Below, one piece after another: positions 11,908-26,406 of a stretch of DNA of 64,000 bases. Made by a program: the position numbers and the translations under genes. The DNA comes from Paraspadella gotoi. Lineage: Eukaryota > Animalia > Chaetognatha. The stretch is from the NCBI GenBank assembly GCA_051294375.1, contig JBJCIZ010000028.1, forward strand, positions 2,071,647 to 2,135,646, in the 5' to 3' direction. The notes under the pieces were generated by a model. That model saw only the letters and a list, made by a program, of their open reading frames with translations, searched no databases and was not told where the DNA came from. Positions within the stretch are counted from its first letter, which is position 1. Each line of letters opens with the position of its first letter.

Positions 11908-12950
11908 ATGCATATTCGCACTCATTCAAAGGAAAAACCATTTAAATGTGAATTTTGTCAAAAGTGCTTTACACAGAAAGGCAATCTGAAAAAACATCAC
12001 CTAACTCATACAAAAGAAAAAACTTACAAATGTGAAATCTGTGAAAAAACTTTTGCATTGAAACAAAGTCTCACATATCATCATTCAACTCATACTAACG
12101 AAAAACCATACAAATGTGAAAATTGTCAAAAGAGCTTTTCACTTCTTTCAACATTAAAAACGCATTATCTTACTCACACAAACGATAAACCACACAAATG
12201 TGAAATTTGTCAAAAGTGCTTTTCAAAAAGCTCAAATCTAACCATGCATTATAAAACACATACAAATGAAAAACCACACAAATGTGAAACTTGTCAAAAG
12301 TATTTTAAATTTAAACGTTCACTGAAAACTCATTTTAGAACTCATTCAATAGAGAAACCATACAAATGTGAAATTTGTCAGAAATGTTTTTCGGAAAAAT
12401 CGTCGCTCAAATCGCATCACAGATTTCATACAGGGGAAAAACCATTTGAATGTAAAACTTGTCAAAAGTTCTTTTCACACAAGAGCAGTTTAAAATCACA
12501 CGAATTAACTCATACAAAAGAAAAATCTTACAAATGTGAAACGTGTCAGGAGTCGTTTTCACATCATCACCAACTGAAAGGACACCAAACAACTCATACT
12601 GGAGAGAAACCTTTCACTTGTGAAACTTGTCATAAGAATTTTGCAAGAAAAGAATGTCTTAAAAAGCACTATTTAACTCATACAAAGGAAAAACCATACA
12701 AATGTTCATTCTGTCAGAAGAGCTTTTCACAGAGTGGCCAACGAACAATTCATATTCGCACTCATACGAAGGAAAAACCATTTAAATGTGAATTTTGTCC
12801 CTGGTGCTTTACACAAAAAGACGCTTTGAAAAGGCATCATCTAACTCATACAAAAGAGAAAGCTTACAAATGTGAAATCTGTCAAAAAACCTTTGCATTG
12901 AAAAAAGGTCTCACATCGCATCATTTCACTCACACAAATGAAAAGCCGTA
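11908..12950 (+). CDS. tandem C2H2 zinc-finger array, 12 complete fingers
   Basis: Regular 28-aa C-x2-C-x12-H-x3-H units with HT(K/N/G)EKP(Y/F)KC linkers; after 12950 the sequence is a noisy re-read of 12787-12911. Confidence 0.92.
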
Positions 12951-13619
12951 TTGTGAGAGAGATTTTTGTCCCTGGTGCTTGTACACAAAAAGACGCTTTT
13001 GAAAAGGCACTCGCAAATCTAACTACAAGTATCAAAAAGAGAAACTTTACAAATGCGAAACTGTCAAAAAACCTTTGCATTAAAAAAGGCTNNNNNNNNN
13101 NNNNNNNNNNNNNNNNNNNNNNNNNNNNNNNNNNNNNNNNNNNNNNNNNNNNNNNNNNNNNNNNNNNNNNNNNNNNNNNNNNNNNNNNNNNNNNNNNNNN
13201 NNNNNNNNNNNNNNNNNNNNNNNNNNNNNNNNNNNNNNNNNNNNNNNNNNNNNNNNNNNNNNNNNNNNNNNNNNNNNNNNNNNNNNNNNNNNNNNNNNNN
13301 NNNNNNNNNNNNNNNNNNNNNNNNNNNNNNNNNNNNNNNNNNNNNNNNNNNNNNNNNNNNNNNNNNNNNNNNNNNNNNNNNNNNNNNNNNNNNNNNNNNN
13401 NNNNNNNNNNNNNNNNNNNNNNNNNNNNNNNNNNNNNNNNNNNNNNNNNNNNNNNNNNNNNNNNNNNNNNNNNNNNNNNNNNNNNNNNNNNNNNNNNNNN
13501 NNNNNNNNNNNNNNNNNNNNNNNNNNNNNNNNNNNNNNNNNNNNNNNNNNNNNNNNNNNNNNNNNNNNNNNNNNNNNNNNNNNNNNNNNNNNNNNNNNNN
13601 NNNNNNNNNNNNNNNNNNN

Positions 13620-14076
<457 letters not shown>

Positions 14077-14239
14077 GAATGTGCAAATTTTCTTTTCACA
14101 AAAACGTCTAGCGAAGTCGCATAAACTCCATACGTCGTGAACTGTAAAAAAAATTATATGTCATCAAAATATACTTTAAACTTTCTTTCCATATTATGAT
14201 GACTCTGCCCCTTTTTGTACCATCTCCATGACACTCCCT

Positions 14240-14520
14240 GTTCTATCCCCTATCACCTATCCTAACCCCTATTTCCTATCCCTATCACTATCACCTATCC
14301 TATTCCCTATCACCTATCCTAAACCCTATTCCCTATCACCTATTCCGATCACTATTCCCTATCCTGTCCCTATCACCTATCCATATCCTCTATACCTATC
14401 CCTATCCCCTTTTCTATCTCCTATCCCTATCCCCTATCCTATCCCCTATTACTATCCCCTATTCTTATCCCCTATCACCTATTCCCTATCCCTATCACCT
14501 ATCACCCTATCCTATCTCAT
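14240..14520. repeat. (CCCTAT)-like hexanucleotide microsatellite
   Basis: CCTATC/CCTATT units read directly. Confidence 0.85.
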
Positions 14521-16289
14521 TAAATGACGGCTAATGTAAAGTTGAGCCATAACCTTTATTTGATTTAAATTTTATTTAGTCTTGATTAAAAAAATTTGGA
14601 TAAATTTTTTTCTAGAATCATGATTATTTTATTTTGTTCTCTTTTGTTCATATTGTTTCGGGAACAGAAACGCAAAATTTAATATATATATAGTATTATC
14701 TTTCTAAAATAAGAAATATTTTATCAAAATTCTTTACTCTTTTAGTCTCTGTAGTAAAAACTCTTATATGACGAAAAGCTTTTTGTTATTTTTCGCAGCT
14801 TTTGTGTATATTGCTCACAACTTGGGTGTTTTTTAAAATAATATACCTCTTTATGAAAATTTGCAAATTACTTGTTTCACTATTTTTGTTTGTAATTAAT
14901 AATTGTTAAAGGTTTTAATATATCCCCTAATAGGTATAATTTAATGGAATAATATTTAAATTAGTTAATAAAGTATAGAATAAACATTTAGTTTATCTGA
15001 TTTACTAACTGCTTTATTTCTGGTATGTTAATATATTTACCATCCCTATTCGAATAAAAGACGAACAATAACAAATAATTTTTTTTTAAATTTTAAAAAT
15101 AAATTTAAAATTAAATCATNNNNNNNNNNNNNNNNNNNNNNNNNNNNNNNNNNNNNNNNNNNNNNNNNNNNNNNNNNNNNNNNNNNNNNNNNNNNNNNNN
15201 NNNNNNNNNNNNNNNNNNNNNNNNNNNNNNNNNNNNNNNNNNNNNNNNNNNNNNNNNNNNNNNNNNNNNNNNNNNNNNNNNNNNNNNNNNNNNNNNNNNN
15301 NNNNNNNNNNNNNNNNNNNNNNNNNNNNNNNNNNNNNNNNNNNNNNNNNNNNNNNNNNNNNNNNNNNNNNNNNNNNNNNNNNNNNNNNNNNNNNNNNNNN
15401 NNNNNNNNNNNNNNNNNNNNNNNNNNNNNNNNNNNNNNNNNNNNNNNNNNNNNNNNNNNNNNNNNNNNNNNNNNNNNNNNNNNNNNNNNNNNNNNNNNNN
15501 NNNNNNNNNNNNNNNNNNNNNNNNNNNNNNNNNNNNNNNNNNNNNNNNNNNNNNNNNNNNNNNNNNNNNNNNNNNNNNNNNNNNNNNNNNNNNNNNNNNN
15601 NNNNNNNNNNNNNNNNNNNNNNNNNNNNNNNNNNNNNNNNNNNNNNNNNNNNNNNNNNNNNNNNNNNNNNNNNNNNNNNNNNNNNNNNNNNNNNNNNNNN
15701 NNNNNNNNNNNNNNNNNNNNNNNNNNNNNNNNNNNNNNNNNNNNNNNNNNNNNNNNNNNNNNNNNNNNNNNNNNNNNNNNNNNNNNNNNNNNNNNNNNNN
15801 NNNNNNNNNNNNNNNNNNNNNNNNNNNNNNNNNNNNNNNNNNNNNNNNNNNNNNNNNNNNNNNNNNNNNNNNNNNNNNNNNNNNNNNNNNNNNNNNNNNN
15901 NNNNNNNAAATATTAAATATTTTTAAATATGAAAAACTGTAGATAATAAATGTTGCAAAATAAATTGATGTTGAATTAATTCAAACTCTTTCTCAAGATA
16001 ACAAACAATAATAATGTATAAAATTATTAGCAAATTGTCGTCGCATCACCTCGCTTCCCAGTTTTTCCAACCTGACTTTTTTTTCGGTCAAAACATTTCA
16101 ACCGAAAAAATTTTCCAAGTTTTTCAGTCCAAAATCAGAATTTTTTCTTTCTTCTTTCTTTTTTTTATTTCTTTTTTTTTCAGGGATTAAACGATCAACA
16201 GTTTTGTACGGATTTTTTTCTCTTTTTTTTTAAGCGGACGAACGGATTGACGGACTCGTAAGTGTCGTTACCGGGAAATAATGCGGGAA

Positions 16290-16325
<36 letters not shown>

Positions 16326-16451
16326 NNNNNNNNNNNNNNNNNNNNNNNNNNNNNNNNNNNNNNNNNNNNNNNNNNNNNNNNNNNNNNNNNNNNNNNNNNN
16401 NNNNNNNNNNNNNNNNNNNNNNNNNNNNNNNNNNNNNNNNNNNNNNNNNNN

Positions 16452-16487
<36 letters not shown>

Positions 16488-16946
16488 CTCACCTCTTTGA
16501 ATTTGTTTTTGTTTTGCTGTCGTGTATTTAAATGTTGGATTTTAAAACAAGTAATAATATTTGCTTCATGATTGTCATTTTTTAGTTTTGCTTATGGCAT
16601 AAGTTATACTTTTCTTTTACATATTTTTTCTTTATACTTTTCCGTACTCTCTCGCTTTCTGTCTTTCTTTTAACCTTTCTTATTTCAATTACTCAATTAC
16701 TACCTTTTGTTTTTACCATTTCGGCAATCCTCTCTCCCTTCTTCTCTCTCTCCCTCTCCCTCCCTCTCTCTCTCCCTCTCCCTTCTTCTCTCTTTCTGTC
16801 CCTCTCTCTCTCTCTCCCTCCCTATCTTCCTCCCTCTCTCTCTCTCTCTCATCCAGTTCTCAGATTTAAATTTTCAAAGCCACAAAAACACTCGGAATAA
16901 ATTTGTCTTAAAAATACTTTTTCGCGGGAAGTCAACTTTTGATGCG

Positions 16947-16985
<39 letters not shown>

Positions 16986-17177
16986 GATTTGAAATTATAC
17001 TAGGAGGATCAATCAATGTTTTTTTAATAGATGAAATTAATATCGCTTAAAAATAACAGTAGACATTACATATTATAATAATAATACTTTTATTAACGTT
17101 TTCTTCTGAACAATATCCAAACTATTATTTCTTCGTCACAATCGGCTGCATTTTCTAAGCTTGTAAAAAAAATTGTT

Positions 17178-17385
17178 GTCCGTCTCTCTGTCTGTTCATT
17201 CGCCCATCCATACATCCCCCTTCACATTAAACTCCAATAACTCGTGATTGGATGGATTAAGTCTAATCCAGCTCAAGCCCACACTTTCCTACCCACACAC
17301 AATTTTTTAATAAATCCATCCATCCAATCACGAGTAATTGCAGTTTAATGCTGAAGTACGGACGAATTGACAGATGGACGGACAT
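17178..17385. mobile_element. inverted-repeat element related to the Helentron-associated-like element at 59038
   Basis: CATTAAACTCCAATAACTCGTGATTGGATGGAT ... ATCCATCCAATCACGAGTAATTGCAGTTTAATG inverted arms, flanked by GTCCGTC / GACGGAC tracts. Confidence 0.6.
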
Positions 17386-18270
17386 ATGATTTATCATGAT
17401 CAAATAAGCCTGAATTTGCTATAATCAGATGCAGCAAAATCCAACATGATTATTCAACTTTAAAGAACCATTTGAATTAAAATTTCTTCCTCATAAAAGA
17501 ACCGTTGACTCGACAAAGTCCGTCAAAGAAATTTGGATTTTATATCCTAGTCAGAATACTCGGGTGCAACTTCTTTTTATTTTCCAATTTTAAATTTAAT
17601 AAAAAGAGAGATGATAATTTCAATTTTTAACAATGTAACTTTATAAAACTTAAATAGAATTAAAATAATTTTATAAAATAATGAGCCACATGAAACGTGA
17701 CGTCAAACTAAAAGGACTGCTTTGCAGCAATCATCAATCATCAATGGTTTATTTAATTTTTTTTTGTAAAAGGTAAAAAATCCAGAAGAAAACTCCTAAA
17801 CGTTTCCATTGTTATCTTTCCCTTTTAATTTTTTAGACTGATAATATTGTGAGCTTTTCGATTAAATGTGGACGGAAATGAAAATATCTACTTTTTTTAA
17901 AGAATAATTGCAGTTTAATACTGAAAGGGAAAGTACGGACGAAATGACAGATGGACGGACATTTAATTTATTATGAACGAATAAGCCTGAATTTGCTATA
18001 ATCAGATCCAGCGAAATCCAACATCCAAAGAAGCATTTGAATTCAAATTTATTCTGCCTAAAAGGACCATCGACACGACGGTCACCGTCAAAGTTTAGGA
18101 ATTAGGATTTTATATCCTAGTCAGAATACTCAGGTGCAACTTAATAAATGAACATTAAAGCCAAAAGAAAACCCCTAAACGTTTCTATTGTTATCTTTCC
18201 CTTTTAATTTTAGGGACGGATAATATTGTGAGCTTTTTGATTAAATGTGGACGGAAATGAAAATATCTAG
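17335..18270. repeat. local diverged tandem duplication (17335-17900 vs 17905-18270)
   Basis: Shared blocks AAGCCTGAATTTGCTATAATCAGAT, TATATCCTAGTCAGAATACTC and GATTAAATGTGGACGGAAATGAAAATATCTA. Confidence 0.75.
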
Positions 18271-19744
18271 TTTTTTTTTTTAAATCTATTGATCTGTCAT
18301 CTTTATGTCTTGAAAATTTTGTGGCTTAATCGTCAAGTTTTTTTCATATTAAAATCTTTTTTCGTAATTCTGATTACTGCAATATGCAAATGAGAATTTT
18401 GAACAATTTCGAGTTTGACAAAGAAAATTCCAGGGAAATTTTGAGACGTACAAACGGGAGAATGGCCGGGGCACTATTTTATTTAAACGCCCCATTTCAG
18501 TTCCTTAAAATTAATTTTAATCCCTCATATTTATCCCCAATCGTAACGAAATCCCTAACTTTAATTCCAAAACCTTAACCCTGATTACTAACCTCATCTT
18601 CTAACCAAAACATAATCCCTAACTGAATCCCTAACCTAATCCTCATTACTATCCTTAAATGAAAAAAAATAATAAAAAAAACCATGATTTTAAATTTTTG
18701 GGTTATATTTTTCAGTCACACTTTCTCTCTCTCTATTTTGTTCATTTTCCATATTTTTCTATTTTTTCAATTTTCCATATTTCTCTATTTTGACCATTTT
18801 TTATGATATTTTAATGTTTAGCCTGCAAAAAATAATTAAAATGTTTTAACATGTATAAGTTTCTACTACAGAAAATAAAAAAGTCATAAATTTTCACCTT
18901 TTTTTCCGTTTTAAACGCTGAAGATGATAGAATTTTCGATAACATGTTTTATATTTTTGATTCAACTGTTTATTAAAAATCTGAATCTTTAATAACAGTT
19001 TTAAAAAAATTATTTGTAAAATTTACTCTTTTATAAGAATATTACTACAAATATATTATATTTTACTATTCTGTTCCAAAAATAATATGAACAAAATATT
19101 TTTGTACTAGTTAATCATACTATCTCACGTCTAAATATCCTTGTTTGATCATTTAAATAATTTTCTTTGTTCTCGAGTGCTCCACTCTTATGAATATAAA
19201 CCAAGATCGATGAATTATCCGAGAAGGGATCGTCGTATTGACGATCCCCTTTAAAATATCTTCAGTTCTACTTATGGCCGAGTAAAATTGTAAACGTCGT
19301 CGTTATCGTAAACGTTCCCTAAACCTTTCTATTTTCATCTTTCCATTTTTATTTTAAGTTAATATCGCGACTTAAACGATATAATCAACTTAAACGATTA
19401 TATCAACTTTTTTTTGTGAATACATCGATTCTTCATTATTATGTCGTTACACTTTTCCCGCTTTATCGTCAAAATTTTCTTCGAGAGATAATATTTTTTT
19501 AGTTCTTCTAATTACTGCAATATGTAAATTAGAATTTGGAACAATTTCGCACGAGTTTGATATCATCGCGGGAAATAGACCAGCGCTCCATGTCAGTTAC
19601 TTAAATTAACTATTTATCCATATCTCTAACTCTAACCAAATCCCAAATCACTAACCCCGATTCCTAACCTCGTCTTCTAACTCTAATTCTGTTATTCCTG
19701 ATCCTTAACCTAAACTCTAACCTAATCCCTAACCTAATCCTTAA

Positions 19745-20445
19745 CCTAACCTACTCTTTATTTTTATCTTTATCTTTTATCTAATACCTGACCTAATCTT
19801 TATCTTTATCTTTTATCTAATACCTGACCTAATCTTTATTTTTATCTTTATCTTTATCTTTTACCTAATACCTGACCTAATCTTTATCTTTATCTTTTAT
19901 TTAATACCTGACCTATATTCTTTATTATTTATCTTATCTTTTATTTAAATACCTGACCTAATCTTTATCTTTTATCTAATACCTGACCTAATCTTTATCT
20001 TTAATCTAATACCTAACCTAATCTTTATCTTTATCTTTTATCTAATACCTGACCTAATCATTATCTTTATCTTTATCTTTTATCTAATACCTGACTTAAT
20101 CTTTATCTTATCTTTTATTTAATACCTGACCTAATCTTTATCTTTATATTTATTAATACCTGACCTATCTTATCTTATCTTATCTTTTATTTAATACCTG
20201 ACCTAATCTTTATATTTTATCTAATACCTGATCTAATCTTTATCTTTATCTTTTATCTAATACCAGACCTAATCTTTATCTTTATCTTTATCTTTTATCT
20301 AATACCTGACCTCATCATTATCTTTATCTTTATCTTTTATCTAATACCTGACCTAATCTTTATCTTTAACTTTTATCTAATACCTGACCTAATCTTTATT
20401 TGTATCTTTATCTTTTATCTAATACCTGATCTAATCTTTATCTTT
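19745..20445. repeat. minisatellite CTAATACCTGACCTAAT(CTTTAT)n, about 20 units
   Basis: Direct reading; follows a CCTAAC-rich tract. Confidence 0.9.
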
Positions 20446-20760
20446 TAACGAATTATTAAACATAAACAAAACTTAATTCCGAATATGGAGTTTTATGGCG
20501 CTAGGAAAATCTGAAAAAAACAACGTTTTAACCTATTTAATTATTTATTCATTTATTATTTATAATTAAATTCTTTATATATTTGATTATTTATTTATTT
20601 TATAAAAATTTATTTATTAATTAATCAATAAAAATTCGCTCATTCGCTTTCTTCATTTTTAAGCTCGTCTCTTCCCCTTTGTCGTCCGCTGCTCTCATCT
20701 CATTGTTATGTTCCTCGTTGTTATGGTGCCATGCGTCCTTATCTGGTCACCGCGTTCCCG

Positions 20761-20812
<52 letters not shown>

Positions 20813-20839
20813 CTTCTCAGCCTCTTACCGGCGTCTCTT

Positions 20840-21033
20840 CTTCAAATATTCTTCCGATTCATTGGCCAGCAGATTCAAATCCTGCCCTATGATTGGCTAC
20901 TAGAAAAATAACGATTTGACGATCTCTCATTGGCTGAATCGTCGAAAACGACGCCTGATTGGTCGAGAGGTAGCGGGTGAAAATTCGTTACGATTGGTTA
21001 GGTTCCGGTTCCATCCACTCGCGTGGAAATGGC

Positions 21034-21095
<62 letters not shown>

Positions 21096-21195
21096 ACGCG
21101 CGAGCGAGAGCATCTGTTCTCATCGCCGTCGGCTTGATACGGAAACGCGGTAAAACCCGGATGTCGTTACTCCGACGATGCGGTCACGTGGTTAC
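20840..21195. promoter_or_regulatory. CpG-rich promoter-like island with five CCAAT boxes, GA tracts and an E-box
   Basis: ATTGG at 20861, 20892, 20929, 20958, 20993; TTCAAA at 20841 and 20874; GGTCACGTGG near 21182. Confidence 0.45.
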
Positions 21196-21733
21196 GATGG
21201 AATAAAGGATTTGAAAAATGAATGAATGAATAAACAAAAGGAATTATGGATGTAGTTAAGAAGTAATGTTTTAAAGATCTTCATAAATATAAATTTATTA
21301 AATGAATAGAATACTTTATAACATGATTAATGAATTAATGAAGGGCCGAATACACTTTTATATGAGTGAATAAATAAATGAAGGAAGAACTGAATGAATA
21401 AATAAATGAATGAATAAATGAATGAATAAATGAAAGAATAAGTGTATAGAAGGAATATATGAATGAATAAATGAATGAATGAATTAATTAATTAATGAAC
21501 ACAAAAATGAATATATGATTTTAGTTTGATGCGTTTATATTTGTGGACTAAGACTTTTTTTCAGAGTTTCATAAATCTTCTTCTTAATTCTTAATTCAAA
21601 TTATGCTGACTCTTTATTGTCGTCGTCGTCATCGTCATCGTCGTTAGCATCGTCATCGTCATGGAGAGAGGGTCTGTGTCATTTGATTAATAATTCCCTG
21701 AAGCTTTTCTTGAAAGAAAAATAATGAAAAAAA

Positions 21734-21769
<36 letters not shown>

Positions 21770-22081
21770 GAGAAAGAAATAAAGAAAGAATGATAACATA
21801 AAATAAGAAGATGAAAATATAATAGTGTGGATAAAAAATAAAAAATAAAGAAAGAAAAAAACCATAAATAATAAGAAAAGAAAAGAAAAGAAAAGAAAAG
21901 AAAAGAAAAGAAAAGAAAAGAAAAGAAAAGAAAAGAAAAGAAAAGAAAAGAAAAGACGAGACGAACATAAAGAAACATAAAAGATTGGGATGCGCGGAGG
22001 AAGAGGAGTGAATCCATTAAATTCCTATGGAAGAAGGAAGAGCAAGACGAGACGGAAGAGCACGATGGACTGTGGGGACGA

Positions 22082-22161
<80 letters not shown>

Positions 22162-22581
22162 CCTGTTATTGTGCGAGTTGCTTCCATGTGGCACGCGAGA
22201 GAGAGAGAGAGCGAGAGCGAGAGAGAGAGAGACATAGAGAGAGAGAGAGAGCGAGACCTTTTTTAAAAAAAAACAAAACGAGCCTTCTGAACTCAGAAAT
22301 GACGCACGCCGGTAACTGAGTTCTGCTCCTTTCGTCAACATAGGTCGTCTGCGTTTGAAAAGAAAAATCAGTTCCGACTCGCTCTCTATCTCGCTCTCTC
22401 TCTGTCTCAGTCTCTTTCTCCCCATCCCTCTCTCTATCTCCCTCTTGTTCGATTTGGATTATATTTTTTCACGCTCCTTTTCTTTAATTAAAACAAACTA
22501 AAAAAAAAAAAAGTTTAAACAGCTAATTCGTTTCGAGTTCAACAAAGATTTTTTTCTCTTTTTAATGGATTTTGTGTTTTA

Positions 22582-22615
<34 letters not shown>

Positions 22616-23712
22616 GAGGCTTCCTTTAACGGAAGCCTTTTATTTACATTTTGTTATCGTTTGCTGGAATTTTAACCGACAAAAAAATTTAAAAAAAAAA
22701 CGTATGGAATATATAAAACGTCATCATTATCATCTTTAGCATCGCGGTCACCATCGTAATCAATGTCATTTTCATCACTTAAATCGTGTTGTTGTCATTG
22801 CTATCATCGTTGTAATCAATGTCATCTTCATCTCTTTCATCTTCATTGTCTTCATCGCTGTCATAATCGCCGTCAATGTCAGCTTATCGTTATCACAACT
22901 CCCGTTTTCCTCTCGTTAAATTTATCATTTCTTCGATGTTCGATTCTTATCACGACTGATATCACAACTCGTCTCTTCCCATCTGTCACAATCCATCATT
23001 TCGGTCGTCTTTTGCCGCAACTTTTTTTCGTTTTGCCGCAACTTTTTTTCGTTTGCAGCAACTTCATCCACTTTTATTTTTCCGCAACTCGTCAAACGGA
23101 GTCGATATAATTTTCTTTTTCAATTTATTTTCCTCGATTTTTTTATTTTTCTTTACGAAATCTCGTGTATCGAATTTCGATGTTAGATACTATAACAACG
23201 ATGACGACGACGACGACAAAAACGACAACGACGACGACGACGACAATGTCGATCACCCCGATAAAGTATTTTTCTCTGTTTCTCAAATTACAAAATGAAA
23301 AAAAAAGTAACATTTTCTCTCGTTCAAGTTTATATGAATCAAATTAAACAAATTTGATTACATTTAAATTTGACTTTATTTGTGANNNNNNNNNNNNNNN
23401 NNNNNNNNNNNNNNNNNNNNNNNNNNNNNNNNNNNNNNNNNNNNNNNNNNNNNNNNNNNNNNNNNNNNNNNNNNNNNNNNNNNNNNNNNNNNNNNNNNNN
23501 NNNNNNNNNNNNNNNNNNNNNNNNNNNNNNNNNNNNNNNNNNNNNNNNNNNNNNNNNNNNNNNNNNNNNNNNNNNNNNNNNNNNNNNNNNNNNNNNNNNN
23601 NNAATTCCTACACGGTATTGTCATCGATTTATCGCCAAAACCATAAAAAATTCTAATCATTATATCGCAACCGGGATTAACCAAAAAACGACCGCAACTC
23701 CTTCCCAAACTT

Positions 23713-23870
23713 GCCATCAAACATTACCTCCTGACCTGCCATCCGACCGGCTTAATCCTTCGCCCCTTTGCCATCAAACATTACCTCCTGACCTGCCATC
23801 CGACCGGCTTAATCCTTCGCCCCTTTGCCATCAAACCTCCCCTAAATTTGCCACCGTCTGACCGGCTTAA
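23713..23870. repeat. 57-bp tandem repeat, two exact units plus a partial third
   Basis: CCATCAAACATTACCTCCTGACCTGCCATCCGACCGGCTTAATCCTTCGCCCCTTTG repeated. Confidence 0.85.
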
Positions 23871-24179
23871 TCCCTACAGCCCCTCCTCCTCCTAACTCTC
23901 TCTCTCTCTCTCACTCTCTCTCTATCCCTCTCTCTCTCTCTCTCCGGTCAATCCAGAAATCGGTTGCCATCCAGTAACGAGTTTTTCTTTTTCCCCCCTC
24001 CCTTCCAAACTTTCCGTATTTAATTCGATCTATCTCTCAATCATAAAGGACTCGGTTACATACGGGTACCTGCATACTGAATTCGGTGTCCGGGCGTGAT
24101 GACTCTCTTACATACGGGGATTGATTTACATATTGCATCTGGGCTGAAGTTTTCTGTTACATTATGGCTTGAATCCTCT

Positions 24180-24390
24180 CTATGAAATTGGTAGAACCAA
24201 TAAAAAAAATTATCCATTCATTTAATAAATAAGCTATCTTACCCCTGACTTTGGACAGGCTTTGGTGGTTTAAGGCCTCCATCACTCTTACAAGATAATG
24301 ACATAGCAGGTCCCTGCAAGCTTTCAATCAAGACTCTCTCACAGTCTCGTTTATTCACTCACCTGGCTTCCCTATTAATGCAGTTGTATG
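24180..24390. mobile_element. dispersed repeat family A, most complete copy
   Basis: Has the CTATGAAATTGGTA end, the core shared with 2098/26288 and the AAGCTTTC...CACAGTC...CACCTGGCTTC part shared with 58743-58812; inserted into a degenerate TTACATACGGG repeat. Confidence 0.7.
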
Positions 24391-25429
24391 ATATTTCATA
24401 CATACCTGGTTTAATTCTCTATTACACACGGGGTTAAATTCTTACAAACAAGTTTTAATCCCCAATTGAACCCCAAACTTTATTCCTCTATCACATACGG
24501 ATTTATATCACTCTATTCCATCTTTTCTCAGTTACATCCCTACCTTTCATCCAGACTTTGCTCTCCTCCTCATTTTTTATGTTTTTCGGTTACAATTTTT
24601 TTTTCATTTTCATTGTTTCGTGTCGAGTTGTCCATTCCGATGTTAACTTTGCTCCGATGCTTCGATGCTTCGATGCTGTTAAAACTTTCGATGCTGTTAA
24701 AAATTTTAATACTGTAACAGGTTTCTGATAGATACGTCAATTGGCTAGTCTTAATATATTTCAACCTTCCATAGACTATTTTATTATTTGATCCCATTAT
24801 AGTGCGGCTTTCTGACAATGAAGCTTTCATTTAATATGGTGTTTCGTGAAATATTTTTTCACAGTATGGTAAGTTTTTCCCTTCGTCTTATATTCAAATA
24901 CAGTCTTTCTAATACGTCCACGAGTCAACGCTTAAATGCCGCGACTTTTCTATGCTCCAATGCCTAAAAATGCCGTAGGCAACTCCGGGATCAATTTTTG
25001 ATGAACAAAAATTTTTCGTCCGTTTTTAGATTTTTAAAAAAAATTTTATTTGATTAAAATATCTACTGCAGATTGATGTTATTTTTAAGAACAATGAACT
25101 AATTAAATATTACTAAAATTTATAAAAAAATTAAAATATCATTTCATCTGCTCTCTCGGTCTGTCAACACCCCGTGTGTAGACTCGTTATTAATCTCCGA
25201 AATTCTACCAAGACCAGGTGTGCGTACTTTCCCTTTTTAATGTCCGATTTCTAGTTTCCGCACGTCATGGTCGTCGTCGTCGTCGTCGTCGTTGTCGTCG
25301 TCGTTGTCGTCAGCATTTTGAGTAATCGTCATCGCTATCGGCATTGTCGTCGTCGTCGTCGTCGTCGTATTCATCATCCTCATCAGCTGACTAAGGAAAA
25401 CCAAAGAACCTGTCATTTTTAGATTCTAG

Positions 25430-25431
25430 CG

Positions 25432-25470
<39 letters not shown>

Positions 25471-25497
25471 TTCTTTCTTTCTTTCTTTCTTTCTTTG

Positions 25498-25550
<53 letters not shown>

Positions 25551-25735
25551 CTCTTTGTTTCTTTCTTTGTTTCTTTATTTCTTTCTTTCTATCTTTCTCT
25601 CTTTCTTTCTCTCTTTCTTTCTTTATTTCTTTCTTTCTCTCTTTGTTTTTTTCTCTCTTTCTTTCTATATTTCTTTCTTTCTTTCCTTCTTTCTTTTTTT
25701 CTTTCTCTCTCTCTTTCTTTCTATCTCTCTTTCTT

Positions 25736-25823
<88 letters not shown>

Positions 25824-25825
25824 TC
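25430..25825. repeat. (TTTC)n compound microsatellite
   Basis: Direct reading; source of KERK/FLSF ORFs. Confidence 0.95.
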
Positions 25826-26287
25826 CCTCTTTCTATCGTCAGCTGTTTTATATAATAAAAATCCATTAACTTCTCGCGTTAACCTTTTTCTTCTCCATTT
25901 ATAAAAAAAAATCTCGACATTAAATTCAATTATCAATACATTCTACATCTTTCTCGAAGCCACAGCTTCTTTATAATCCGGGTCACCTTGTTTAAACATC
26001 CCCGAGGCCACCCCCCCCCACACTCAGCCCAGGAGGCACAAAGTCGTCGTTCGTTCGATGGCTGGTGATTGATTCAAGCGGCTGGTGAATTTATTAACGT
26101 CTTTGGTGATTTATTGAGTGATTGAAAACGTCAGTGATTTATTCAAGAGGTTTTCTTTCCTTTAAACAACAACAACAAAAAAAAACCAATGCGATTCGAT
26201 GTTTTGCGCCGATGGGCTTTTTGTTCTTGTTTGCTATGCAGGAGTCAAGGAAATCATGCATATATAATGTTTTCTATTTATAAAATA

Positions 26288-26406
26288 AAATTGGTACAAC
26301 TAATCTAAAAATTATCCATTCATTTAATAAATAAGCTATCTTGCCCCTGACTTTGGACAGGCTTTGGTGGTTTAAGGCCTCCATCTCTCTTACAAGATAA
26401 TGACAT
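26288..26406. mobile_element. dispersed repeat family A, copy
   Basis: Near-identical to 24205-24304. Confidence 0.7.

Noticed and set aside
19221-19252. GGGATCGTC/GACGATCCC hairpin as a terminator or Helitron 3' end
   Set aside because: Single copy with no CTRR terminus at the expected distance; insufficient support.
19745-20445. CRISPR-like array with a constant CTAATACCTGACCTAAT repeat
   Set aside because: Spacers are just (CTTTAT)n, the context is eukaryotic and there are no cas genes.
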